Shown one piece after another: positions 13,337 to 22,166 of a stretch of 64,000 bases of DNA; the stretch's first letter is position 1; every line of letters starts with the position of its first letter. The position numbers were made by a program, and so were the translations under genes. The DNA is from Bacillota bacterium. GTDB taxonomy: Bacteria; Bacillota; JAAYKD01. The stretch is taken from contig OY762825.2 of the NCBI GenBank assembly GCA_963666425.2, forward strand, positions 2,208,001 to 2,272,000. Reading direction: 5' to 3'. The notes below the pieces were generated by a model. It made no database searches and had not been told where the DNA came from. It was given only the letters and a program-made list of their open reading frames with translations.

Positions 13337-13339
13337 AAT
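13311..13339 (+). promoter_or_regulatory. sigma-A promoter of rplM-rpsI
   Basis: TTGACA (13311) - 17 nt - TAAAAT (13334). Confidence 0.75.
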
Positions 13340-13349
13340 AGTAATGTTC

Positions 13350-13395
13350 TGTATTTCTGTCATCCGGTAACCCCGATATCTGACGGCAGAAAGCG
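13350..13395 (+). promoter_or_regulatory. probable L13 leader stem-loop
   Basis: TTCTGTCATCCGG...CCGATATCTGACGGCAGAA hairpin in the 5' UTR of rplM; not tested against a covariance model. Confidence 0.45.
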
Positions 13396-13442
13396 AAAAA
13401 CCCAAGATACAACAACTTTGAAAAATAAACGGAGGGAATACC

Positions 13443-13883
13443 GTGCGTACGACCTATATGGCCAAATCTTCTGAAGTGATCGACAAATGGTGGATCATTG
13501 ATGCAAGTGGTTTGGTGTTGGGACGCGTTGCAGCCGATGTGGCAGCGATTCTGCGTGGCAAACACAAACCAACCTTTACTCCTCACGTCAATTGCGGTGA
13601 TCATGTGATCATTATCAATGCCGACAAAATTGTTCTGACCGGTAATAAATTGGATCAGAAATTTGACGAGCATTATTCCGGATATTGGAGCGGTTTAAAG
13701 CGCGTTCCTTATCGTATTCTCATGGACAAGCATCCTGAACGTGCTTTGGAAAATGCCGTCAAAGGCATGTTGCCGCATACTCGTCTTGGCAAACAAATGA
13801 TGAAAAAATGCCGCATCTACGCCAGCCCTGAACATCCCCACGAAGCACAATGCCCTGAAGTCTGGGCAATCGGCAACAAATAA
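13443..13883 (+). CDS. rplM: 50S ribosomal protein L13
   Basis: [35 protein letters not shown]. Confidence 0.99.
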   Translation: MRTTYMAKSSEVIDKWWIIDASGLVLGRVAADVAAILRGKHKPTFTPHVNCGDHVIIINADKIVLTGNKLDQKFDEHYSGYWSGLKRVPYRILMDKHPERALENAVKGMLPHTRLGKQMMKKCRIYASPEHPHEAQCPEVWAIGNK

Positions 13884-13901
13884 CGAAAGGGAGAAACGAC
13901 A

Positions 13902-14300
13902 GTGGTACAATATCGCATTAAAAATTATGGTACCGGCCGCCGCAAAAGTTCTGTGGCTCGGGTTCGTTTGATTCCCGGAACCGGTAATATCATCGTAAAT
14001 AATCGTGGCATTGACGAATATTTTGGTCTTGCTACCCTAAAGCTAATCATTCGCCAACCCTTGGTCCTCACCAAGACCGAAGGCGACTATGATGTCATCT
14101 GCAAAGTGGAGGGCGGCGGTAATTCCGGTCAAGCCGGTGCGATCCGTCATGGCATCTCCCGCGCGCTCTGCTCGATCGACGCGGAAATGCGTCCGATCTT
14201 GAAAAAGGCTGGTTTTCTTACCCGTGATCAACGGATGAAAGAACGTAAGAAATATGGCTTAAAGAAAGCACGCAAAGCGCCGCAATTCTCCAAACGTTAA
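13902..14300 (+). CDS. rpsI: 30S ribosomal protein S9
   Basis: [46 protein letters not shown]. Confidence 0.99.
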   Translation: MVQYRIKNYGTGRRKSSVARVRLIPGTGNIIVNNRGIDEYFGLATLKLIIRQPLVLTKTEGDYDVICKVEGGGNSGQAGAIRHGISRALCSIDAEMRPILKKAGFLTRDQRMKERKKYGLKKARKAPQFSKR

Positions 14301-14334
14301 TTCTCCCGCAAACAAAACTTACGAACAAAACACG

Positions 14335-14373
14335 AGCAGCTATCGGATTTGTGGAATCCGACAGCTGCTTTTT
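14335..14373 (+). terminator. intrinsic terminator after rpsI
   Basis: AGCAGCTATCGGATT-TGTGG-AATCCGACAGCTGCT followed by a T-run. Confidence 0.8.
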
Positions 14374-14583
14374 GTCTGTACAAAATTTGGTCAATGGTTT
14401 TTTCCGGCTCGGGATTGTCGGACGATTAGAGCTAATTAGATTGCATAAAAAATAAAGCTGAGAAATAGTTATAATATTTAGAAGGAATTTTAAAAAAAGT
14501 GTCAAAAGAATATACAAAGACCTACTGACAGAGATGGCGATCACAAAGTTTGCCAAATCACAGCGAATCGAAGGAGGAAAAAA

Positions 14584-15432
14584 ATGAAACCATTGATCCT
14601 GATCACGGGGGAAGACGAATTTGATCCCAAATCGCACAACCCATTTTATCTGATTAAGCGCAGCTATGGCACGGCAGTGGCCGGCGCGGGCGGCACGGCC
14701 GTGATGCCGCTGGACCCGGCGCAGTGGGCGAGTTATGCCGAAATGGCGGATGGATTGCTGCTGACCGGCGGCGTGGATGTCCATCCGGCACGTTATAATG
14801 ATATCTTTATGGATTACGATCCGAATTCCGGAGCACCGGCGCCTTTTGTTATCAGCGTCACCCGGGATTCCATGGATATCCTGCTTTGCCAGGCATTTTT
14901 GCGGGCGGGTAAGCCAATCATGGGAATCGGACGCGGTTTGCAGGTGATCAATGTCGTTTTAGGCGGCACGATGGTCCAAGATATTGCGATTTTACTGCAG
15001 CAGGAACACCCGATTGGCCAGCACCACTGGGTTTCCACTACAGCCGGCAGTCAAATGCAGCAATTACTGGGAGAGAAGCTGGAAGTAAACAGTTATCATC
15101 ACATGGCAGTCAAGACGTTGGGTAATAATCTCAGCGTCAGCGCCTGGTCCGAAGATGGTCTGATCGAAGCCATCGAACATACCAGCCTGCCTGTTTTTGC
15201 GGTGCAGTGGCATCCGGAGACTTATCACACTGACGACGAAGAAATTCGAGCCCTGCATGCCGGTGTGACAGAACCGATCATGACGCTGGATGTCGAAGAA
15301 CTCGCAAAGCAGATCACGGCGACCGAACATAAAAAAGCCATTCCGGGTACTAAGACCGATGCGGATGTGGAATTGCCAACCGATAACGCATTGTTTAACT
15401 ACTTTATTGCTTTATGTCAAAAGGAGGGCTAA
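14584..15432 (+). CDS. peptidase C26 / PuuD-like class I glutamine-amidotransferase-fold protein, copy A1 (catalytic Cys replaced by Gly)
   Basis: DGLLLTGGVDVHPARY, KPIMGIGRGLQVINV, VNSYHH, AVQWHPE. Confidence 0.9.
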   Translation: MKPLILITGEDEFDPKSHNPFYLIKRSYGTAVAGAGGTAVMPLDPAQWASYAEMADGLLLTGGVDVHPARYNDIFMDYDPNSGAPAPFVISVTRDSMDILLCQAFLRAGKPIMGIGRGLQVINVVLGGTMVQDIAILLQQEHPIGQHHWVSTTAGSQMQQLLGEKLEVNSYHHMAVKTLGNNLSVSAWSEDGLIEAIEHTSLPVFAVQWHPETYHTDDEEIRALHAGVTEPIMTLDVEELAKQITATEHKKAIPGTKTDADVELPTDNALFNYFIALCQKEG

Positions 15433-15436
15433 TAAA

Positions 15437-16162
15437 GTGAAAAAACCGATTATCATGATCATGTGGGGCTCTTGTTTGGAGAATCAGTTTCTCTCTCATG
15501 CTAATATGCTGACCAAGGCCTACAGCGCGGCGATTACCGCCGGCGGCGGCATTCCGCTTTTGCCGCTGGTGCAAAGTCAGGTGAAGGAATATGCCAAGCT
15601 GGCCGATGGTTTGCTGCTGCCGGGTGCGATGGGCTACTCGCCCAAACCGGAGCTGGCAAAACACCTGGCAGCAGAGCGTTTTTCACGTCAATCGGATTTT
15701 GAGAGTGAATTGTATCAGGCTTTCAAGGCCGCCGGCAAACCGATCCTGGGGATTTGCGCCGGCTGCCAGAAAATGAATTGTGAAGAAGGCGGCACTTTAC
15801 AGCTTGATTTTCGAAAAATGTTTGGTATAGAACATAGTGTCGGTGTGACGCATGCGGTAGATGCGGTCGCCGGCTCGCTGCTGAATGAAATTTGGGGTGA
15901 GCATTTTTTCATCAACAGTTATCATGGCTTTCGCATCGCGCAATTAGGTAAAGGTTTTAGAATTACAGCCTATTCGCCGGAAGGGATTCCCGAGGCGATT
16001 GAGCATCAGGAATTGCCATTCTACGGAACACAGTTCCATCCGGAGCGGATGCGCGGTGATTTTCCCAATCCACCGGAAGGGCCCAATTCCGATCCTCTTT
16101 TCCAGCGCTTTGTTGAATTGTGCGCCACGGCTGCGGCTCAGAACGAACTGCACGGGTGCTAA
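15437..16162 (+). CDS. peptidase C26 / gamma-glutamyl hydrolase-like protein, copy B1 (Cys-His-Glu triad intact)
   Basis: GTG start after AAGGAGG; DGLLLPG, KPILGICAGCQ, INSYH, GTQFHPE. Confidence 0.9.
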   Translation: MKKPIIMIMWGSCLENQFLSHANMLTKAYSAAITAGGGIPLLPLVQSQVKEYAKLADGLLLPGAMGYSPKPELAKHLAAERFSRQSDFESELYQAFKAAGKPILGICAGCQKMNCEEGGTLQLDFRKMFGIEHSVGVTHAVDAVAGSLLNEIWGEHFFINSYHGFRIAQLGKGFRITAYSPEGIPEAIEHQELPFYGTQFHPERMRGDFPNPPEGPNSDPLFQRFVELCATAAAQNELHGC

Positions 16163-16239
16163 AGAGACGTTCGTTCTCGCGTGGATGGTTGCAGCTTTCG
16201 CGTAAAATGATTTAAAAAACAGAGAATGGAGTGAATGAC

Positions 16240-17091
16240 TTGAAACCATTGATCCTGATCACGGGGGAAGACGAATTTGATCCCAAATCGCACAACCCAT
16301 TTTACCTGATTAAACGCAGCTATGGCACGGCAGTGGCCGGCGCGGGCGGCACAGCCGTAATGCCACTGGATCCGGTGCAGTGGGCGAGTTATGCCGAAAT
16401 GGCGGATGGTCTGCTGCTGACCGGCGGCGTGGATGTCCATCCGGCACGTTATAATGATATCTTTATGGATTACGATCCGAATTCCGGCGCACCGGCGCCT
16501 TTTGTTATCAGCGTCACCCGGGATTCCATGGATATCCTGCTTTGCCAGGCATTTTTGCGGGCGGGTAAGCCAATCATGGGAATCGGACGCGGTCTGCAGG
16601 TGATCAATGTCGTTTTAGGCGGCACGATGGTCCAGGATATTGCGATTTTGCTGCAGCAGGAACACCCGATTGGCCAGCACCACTGGGTTTCCACCACAGC
16701 CGGCAGTCAAATGCAGCAATTACTGGGAGAGAAACTGGAAGTAAACAGTTATCATCACATGGCAGTCAAGACGTTGGGAAAGGATCTGAGTGTCAGCGCC
16801 TGGTCCGAAGATGGTCTGATTGAAGCCATCGAGCATACCAGCCTGCCTGTTTTTGCGGTGCAGTGGCATCCGGAGACCTATCGAACCGATGACGAGGAAA
16901 TTCGAGCCCTGCATGCCGGTGTGACAGAACCGATCATGACGGTGGATGCCGATGAACTCGCAAAGCAGATCACGGCGACCGAACATAAAAAAGCCATTCC
17001 GGGTTATAAGACCGATGCGGATGTGGAATTGCCAACCGATAACGCATTGTTTAACTACTTTATTGCATTATGTCAAAAGGAGGGCAAATAA
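16240..17091 (+). CDS. peptidase C26-like protein, copy A2 (catalytic Cys replaced by Gly)
   Basis: Near-identical to A1 (about 10 aa differences by eye); TTG start at the position equivalent to the A1 ATG. Confidence 0.9.
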   Translation: MKPLILITGEDEFDPKSHNPFYLIKRSYGTAVAGAGGTAVMPLDPVQWASYAEMADGLLLTGGVDVHPARYNDIFMDYDPNSGAPAPFVISVTRDSMDILLCQAFLRAGKPIMGIGRGLQVINVVLGGTMVQDIAILLQQEHPIGQHHWVSTTAGSQMQQLLGEKLEVNSYHHMAVKTLGKDLSVSAWSEDGLIEAIEHTSLPVFAVQWHPETYRTDDEEIRALHAGVTEPIMTVDADELAKQITATEHKKAIPGYKTDADVELPTDNALFNYFIALCQKEGK

Positions 17092-17092
17092 A

Positions 17093-17809
17093 GTGAAAAA
17101 ACCGATCATCATGATCATGTGGGGCTCTTGTTTGGAGAATCAGTTTCTCTCTCACGGTATGATGCTGACCAAGGCCTACAGCGCGGCGATTACCGCCGGT
17201 GGCGGCATTCCGCTCTTGCCGCTGGTGCAGAGTCAAGTGATGGAATATGTCAAACTGGCCGATGGTTTGCTGCTGCCGGGCGGCATGGGTTATGTGCCGC
17301 GGCCTCAATTGGGAAGACATCTGGCAGCAGAACGCTTTTCACGTCAATCGGATTTTGAGAGTGAATTGTATCAGGCTTTCAAGGCCGCCGGCAAGCCGAT
17401 CCTGGGGATTTGCGCCGGCTGTCAGAAAATCAATTGTGAAGAAGGCGGCAGCCTGGAATTGGACTTTCGACGGAATACCGGCATAGAGCATCATATGGGC
17501 AGCAGCCACGCTGTAAAAGCAGCTGCGGGCAGTTTATTTGACCAATTGTTTGGTGATCATTTCCGCATCAACAGTTATCATGGTTATAAAATCAGCCAAT
17601 TGGGTGAGCAGCTAAAAGTGACGCTGCTGTCACCGGAAGGAATTCCCGAGGCGATTGAGCATCTGAAATATCCTATTTTTGGCACGCAATGGCATCCGGA
17701 GCGGATGCGCGGTGATTTTCCCAATCCACCGGAGGGCCCGGATACAACAGTGCTCTTCCGTCATTTCATTCGATTGTGTGGGGATCGACGGGATCAAGAG
17801 CAAGCTTAA
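17093..17809 (+). CDS. peptidase C26 / gamma-glutamyl hydrolase-like protein, copy B2 (triad intact)
   Basis: GTG start; KPILGICAGCQ, INSYH, GTQWHPE; paralog of B1. Confidence 0.9.
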   Translation: MKKPIIMIMWGSCLENQFLSHGMMLTKAYSAAITAGGGIPLLPLVQSQVMEYVKLADGLLLPGGMGYVPRPQLGRHLAAERFSRQSDFESELYQAFKAAGKPILGICAGCQKINCEEGGSLELDFRRNTGIEHHMGSSHAVKAAAGSLFDQLFGDHFRINSYHGYKISQLGEQLKVTLLSPEGIPEAIEHLKYPIFGTQWHPERMRGDFPNPPEGPDTTVLFRHFIRLCGDRRDQEQA

Positions 17810-18328
17810 GAAGAAGAAAACAAATAGTACGCCAGCGATAAAAGCTCGGTAGAATGCTGCAGTCCAAAGAGGTAAAGAATACAAAAGCTGGATCCTGGCA
17901 GCAATTCCAAGCAAAAAAACTTGTCATAAATTTACATATACATACGATTTATCAGAAACAGAAATTAAACAGGTCAATGAAATTAATTAGTTCTAAATAA
18001 AGCAACATTCAGCCAATTTTTCGAGCATCTAAAGAATAATATTAGCTAAATTTTATAAAAATGCAGAATGCTGCAAACCGACATTTACCAAAATATGTAA
18101 TTAATACAACATAATTTTCAAAATAAATAAGATCATCAAAGGCACCCCGACGAACTCTACGTTTAAAATGCATATCCGACAGAAAGAAATAGTATTAAAA
18201 AAAAAGGAATTCGATATGTGGTTGCATAATGAATAAGAAGACAGATTTCTGTCAATGGTTGTTCTATTTCGAATGGAATCGATGTGCGACCCGAATAAAA
18301 CGGAATGCATTAAAGGAGGAGTGTTGCG

Positions 18329-19660
18329 ATGAAGACAGGAATTGTAGGTCCAAAGATTACTGTTGAGAGAATCATATCGAACTTGGAAACCAAAAAACTC
18401 TTTGTTGAATATGTTCCCATCATTTATGAAAAACTGCAGGATGCTGTGGCACTGGTACGAGCACATATCGGAGTCGTGGATAATTTTTATTTCACCGGTC
18501 CGATACCGTACCACTATATCCGGACAAAAATGACCTTGCCATGTCCGGTGGAATACCGTACGGTAGATAGTAATGCCTTTGTTGTGATGCTGTTTCAAGC
18601 CAATTATCATTTTCACTGTGATATCAAAAAGGTGACTGCAGATTTTTACGATAACACGAACCTTGCCAAAGCTTATAACCTTTTAGAAATACCCGCTTCC
18701 CAAGTAAAGATCCTGGAAGCGCAATATGATATTTTCGACAATGAGTATCCGGAAAAAAACGCGGAATTTCATATTGCCAACATTGCGGAAGGAAATGCAA
18801 ATTTCTGCCTGACCGGAACCGAGCGAACTTACGAAATACTGAAAGCAAAAGGTTATCCCGTTATTATGGCCCAGCCTTCTCAGGAGCAGCCGGAAATGCA
18901 GATCAATCAGCTGCGCTTGCGTAATGTGATGGCTTTACGGGATGAAAATGAATCTTCAGTTATTTCTATCGCGGTGGAATATGGTGTTGAACAGGAAGGT
19001 GCCATTACCACCGAGCTGCAGAATTATCAGATCCGCGGACAGATTATGGAGAAGATTTATTATTACGCTCAGAGATTGGATGCGGCAGTGGAAAAGCAGG
19101 AGAATGGTGACCTGATCTATCGCATCTACACCACCAAATCGATTCTCAGCGATGAAACCAGCGGCTACCGCAAACTGCGCTTGTTGGATGAATTGCCGGG
19201 TCTCTTTGGGGTCGTCAAAGTCGGCATTGGCATCGGCCTTGGTGAGACGACGGCAGAAGCGAAGAGGAATGCTGATTTTGGCTGTGAACGGGCGAGTAAT
19301 TACGAAACCGACTGCTTCTTTATTGTCTATGATGACCAGAAAATCGCTGGGCCGATCATCCAGACCGAAGTGGTCAAAAAGAATGAAGAAATTAATGGCG
19401 AACTCTATTTAATCTCCCGGGATACGCAGGTGGGTTTGGATAAATTGATCATTATCGATGCAGTCCTCGACCAATATGGGGTTGATGTGATCACCCCGGG
19501 AGAATTGGCACGTTTATGCGAATTGCCTCTGAACAGAGTGAATCGTCTGATCACCAAATTAGAATCATCGGGTTACGCTAGAGTCATCGGCAAAAAGCCG
19601 TTGAATGGTTCGGGTCGTCCCAGCCGTCTCGTCCAAATTAACCTTAAAAAGCGGATTTAA
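18329..19660 (+). CDS. putative transcriptional regulator (sensor-like N-terminus, central GGDEF/cyclase-like fold, C-terminal winged HTH)
   Basis: N-terminal GIVGP...FTGPIPY, central VGIGIGLGETTAEAKRNA, C-terminal ITPGELARLCELPLNRVNRLITKLESSGYA...GRPSRL. Confidence 0.7.
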   Translation: MKTGIVGPKITVERIISNLETKKLFVEYVPIIYEKLQDAVALVRAHIGVVDNFYFTGPIPYHYIRTKMTLPCPVEYRTVDSNAFVVMLFQANYHFHCDIKKVTADFYDNTNLAKAYNLLEIPASQVKILEAQYDIFDNEYPEKNAEFHIANIAEGNANFCLTGTERTYEILKAKGYPVIMAQPSQEQPEMQINQLRLRNVMALRDENESSVISIAVEYGVEQEGAITTELQNYQIRGQIMEKIYYYAQRLDAAVEKQENGDLIYRIYTTKSILSDETSGYRKLRLLDELPGLFGVVKVGIGIGLGETTAEAKRNADFGCERASNYETDCFFIVYDDQKIAGPIIQTEVVKKNEEINGELYLISRDTQVGLDKLIIIDAVLDQYGVDVITPGELARLCELPLNRVNRLITKLESSGYARVIGKKPLNGSGRPSRLVQINLKKRI

Positions 19661-19671
19661 TCCGCTTTTTT
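19646..19671 (+). terminator. hairpin/terminator overlapping the regulator stop codon
   Basis: AAAAAGCGGAT-TTA-ATCCGCTTTTTT. Confidence 0.65.
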
Positions 19672-19879
19672 GGTTGTTTTGGCAGAGGGTTTCGATGATA
19701 CAAAAACAAAATCATGCAAGGGAGGGTTGTAGCGGTATTGCCGAGTTCAATTTTTAATCGGAATTATTCGTTGAGATCTTATTATCGGCAGCAATGTGTA
19801 AAATGAAAAGAAATGATGGAATCAAGACAGCTCTTGTAGGGACAAACTGTCTGACAGAACTCAGAATGGAGGATTTGAT

Positions 19880-20665
19880 ATGACCATTATTCCAGGGAAG
19901 ATTTTTTCCTTTCTCGTCCTGATCGTGCTGAGCATAATAACGGTTTACATGATTAAGAGGATGCAGACGAGCAGTGAACCGGTGGATGTTCGTCGTTTAG
20001 CCGGATTGGATGCGCTGCAGGAAGTGGTTGGCCGTGCTACGGAAACCGGACGCCCCATCCATTACAACCCCGGCATGGGTTCCGTTGAAAGCGCCAGTAC
20101 CGGCGCACGTGTTTTGGGCGGTATGGAAGTTTTGGGCTGGCTGAGTAACCAATGTGCCCGCTATGATACACGCTTGATTTCAACTTACTGTGCACCTTCC
20201 ACTTACGCAATCGCGCGCGAAGTCATTCGGAACGGATACGTGCAGGCAGGAAAACCAGAAAGTATGAATGAAGAAACCGCACAATTTTTATCCAGCGACC
20301 AAATGGCATTTGCTATGGGCGCAGTATCCATTATGCAGCGGGAACGCATCGCCTCTAATGTGCTGATCGGCAGCTACGGCGCAGAATGCCTGCTGTTGGC
20401 GGAAGCCGGCAATACCCTGGGCGCGATCCAGATTTCCGGTGATACCAATGCTTACCAATTGCCTTTCCTGATTGTTACTTGCGACTATTCTTTGATTGGT
20501 GAAGAGCTCTTTGCCGCCGGCGCCGTTTTGAGCAACAATCGCGATGTTTACGGTTCTTTGATTGCGCAGGATTACGGTAAATTGGCCGCTGTGGTCTTGA
20601 TCATCGCCGGCAGTGTGATGGCGACCTTCGGCAATACGGTTTTAACAAAATTATTCAGTTGGTAG
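19880..20665 (+). CDS. DUF6754-like membrane-anchored protein
   Basis: N-terminal TM, VRRLAGLDALQEVVGRATETGRPIHY, QLPFLIVTCDYSLIGEELFAAGA, C-terminal TM; family recognised from memory. Confidence 0.75.
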   Translation: MTIIPGKIFSFLVLIVLSIITVYMIKRMQTSSEPVDVRRLAGLDALQEVVGRATETGRPIHYNPGMGSVESASTGARVLGGMEVLGWLSNQCARYDTRLISTYCAPSTYAIAREVIRNGYVQAGKPESMNEETAQFLSSDQMAFAMGAVSIMQRERIASNVLIGSYGAECLLLAEAGNTLGAIQISGDTNAYQLPFLIVTCDYSLIGEELFAAGAVLSNNRDVYGSLIAQDYGKLAAVVLIIAGSVMATFGNTVLTKLFSW

Positions 20666-20678
20666 GAGGTGAGCGTAA

Positions 20679-21299
20679 ATGAAAAGAACAGTTCCGTTGA
20701 TCATTGCCTTTATAGTTGGTATGGGTTTATTGTTGGATAACTTTATTAAACTTACTCCGTTGAATACTTCCATGGTGACTTTGCGTTCCTGGCTGGTTAT
20801 CATTGCCTTGTTTTCCCTGATGGTGGCAGCGCTCAACCTTTTAATGGTGCATATCCCACGGATCATCAAACGCAAAGGTACTTGGTCACAGAGTATTGTC
20901 CTGGTTACTTTTATGCTGCTGACCATTATTAGCGGTATTTTCATCGGTACCAAAGGGACAATCTATCAGACTCTTTATACCGGTATTATGACGCCGGGCG
21001 GTTCTACCGTCAATGCGTTATTGGCCTTCTTTATTGCTTCCGCAGCAGTGCGGACCTTCCGGGCTAGAAATCTGGAATCCACACTCCTCTTGATTACTGC
21101 CATTATTCTGATGTTATCCAATGTCACCATTGGTAATGCGATCAGTCAGTACATTCCCGTTGTTGGTAATTGGATCACCAATGTACCGAATGCGACTGCA
21201 CAGCGGGGCTTGATTATTTCCAGTTCACTGGCCTTTGTCACCATTAACTTAAGAAATATCCTCGGCTTCAGCACCCAGTGGCTGGGCGGCAAAGATTAG
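20679..21299 (+). CDS. uncharacterised integral membrane protein (about 6 TM)
   Basis: Hydrophobic; LLAFFIASAAVRTFRARN, VPNATAQRGLII; RBS GGAGG. Confidence 0.8.
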   Translation: MKRTVPLIIAFIVGMGLLLDNFIKLTPLNTSMVTLRSWLVIIALFSLMVAALNLLMVHIPRIIKRKGTWSQSIVLVTFMLLTIISGIFIGTKGTIYQTLYTGIMTPGGSTVNALLAFFIASAAVRTFRARNLESTLLLITAIILMLSNVTIGNAISQYIPVVGNWITNVPNATAQRGLIISSSLAFVTINLRNILGFSTQWLGGKD

Positions 21300-21311
21300 G
21301 GGGGCGGGCAG

Positions 21312-22154
21312 ATGAAAAAGTTTAACATCTTCGATCTCGATAAAAGAATTACTTATCTCTTACTGCTGATTATGATTGTTTTCCCCTTGCTCTATCCGAT
21401 TGGGATTGCCATCAAACCATCGGAAAACACCATCCTTGCCTATAATTATGTGGAATCCTTAAAACCAGGTTCTTCCGTCATTCTCTTTATTGACTTTGGC
21501 ATGGGCAATAGTGCAGAACTGACACCGCAGGTGATCGCTTCTTTAAAACACTTTGCCAGGAAAGACCTGAAAGTATATGCCGCTACGCAAGTGCCGGAAA
21601 TGGCGACCGCCCTTGAATCGTATTTGGAGCAGACTTATGGGGCAGCAGGCAAGGTCTACGGTGAAGATTATATCGACCTAGGCTACTTTGCCGGTGCAGA
21701 ATCTGCCATCGGCGCCATGGGTGATAGCCTGATTGCTGTCTTTAAAACGGATAGCAGAGGCACTGATCTGACCAAGATTCCGATGATGAAATCTGTTGTG
21801 AAATTGCCTGATATTAACGTGGTTTTTGCTGTGACGGCATCCGGCACAATTCCATTCATCCGTCAGTGCAATGCCAAGTTCGGTATGCCGATTATTTTCT
21901 CGGTCAATGCCGTCATGGGACCTGCCAATGTACCTTATGTTCAATCCGGACAAGCGGTATCCGTGCTGGTAGGTAGTCCCGCTGCCGCGCAATATGAAAC
22001 GATCATCGGCGAGCCGGGTGTAGCAACTGCCGCCATGGATGCGCAATCGCTGGCTCATGTTATCATCATTCTTTTGATTGTTTGGGGTAATATTGGCTAT
22101 TTTGTGGAAAAACGTCAAAAGCAAGCAAAAAAATCAGAAGAAAAGAAAGCCTAA
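21312..22154 (+). CDS. uncharacterised protein with 2 TM segments and a large soluble domain
   Basis: TM - alpha/beta domain (YGEDYIDLGYFAG, PYVQSGQ, AAAQYE, MDAQSLAH) - TM - basic tail. Confidence 0.8.
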   Translation: MKKFNIFDLDKRITYLLLLIMIVFPLLYPIGIAIKPSENTILAYNYVESLKPGSSVILFIDFGMGNSAELTPQVIASLKHFARKDLKVYAATQVPEMATALESYLEQTYGAAGKVYGEDYIDLGYFAGAESAIGAMGDSLIAVFKTDSRGTDLTKIPMMKSVVKLPDINVVFAVTASGTIPFIRQCNAKFGMPIIFSVNAVMGPANVPYVQSGQAVSVLVGSPAAAQYETIIGEPGVATAAMDAQSLAHVIIILLIVWGNIGYFVEKRQKQAKKSEEKKA

Positions 22155-22166
22155 GGAGGTGCACTA

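Larger units (their letters stand above)
14584..17740 (+). repeat. tandem duplication with a unit of about 1656 bp (A-B / A'-B')
   Basis: Starts offset by 1656 nt (14584 vs 16240; 15437 vs 17093); long identical nucleotide stretches across A and the 5' half of B. Confidence 0.95.

Noticed and set aside
15290-15436. N-terminal extensions of B1 and B2 overlapping the A genes, suggesting a programmed A-B frameshift fusion
   Set aside because: Each B has its own AAGGAGG and GTG start right after the A stop; the extension looks like incidental open frame
14486-18063. CodY-like boxes (AATTTTAAAAAAAGT at 14486; AATTTTATAAAAATG at 18049)
   Set aside because: Three mismatches each in very AT-rich DNA; not distinguishable from chance
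17851-18075. 11-nt direct repeat AGAATGCTGCA (17851 and 18065)
   Set aside because: Only two short copies with no element or array structure around them
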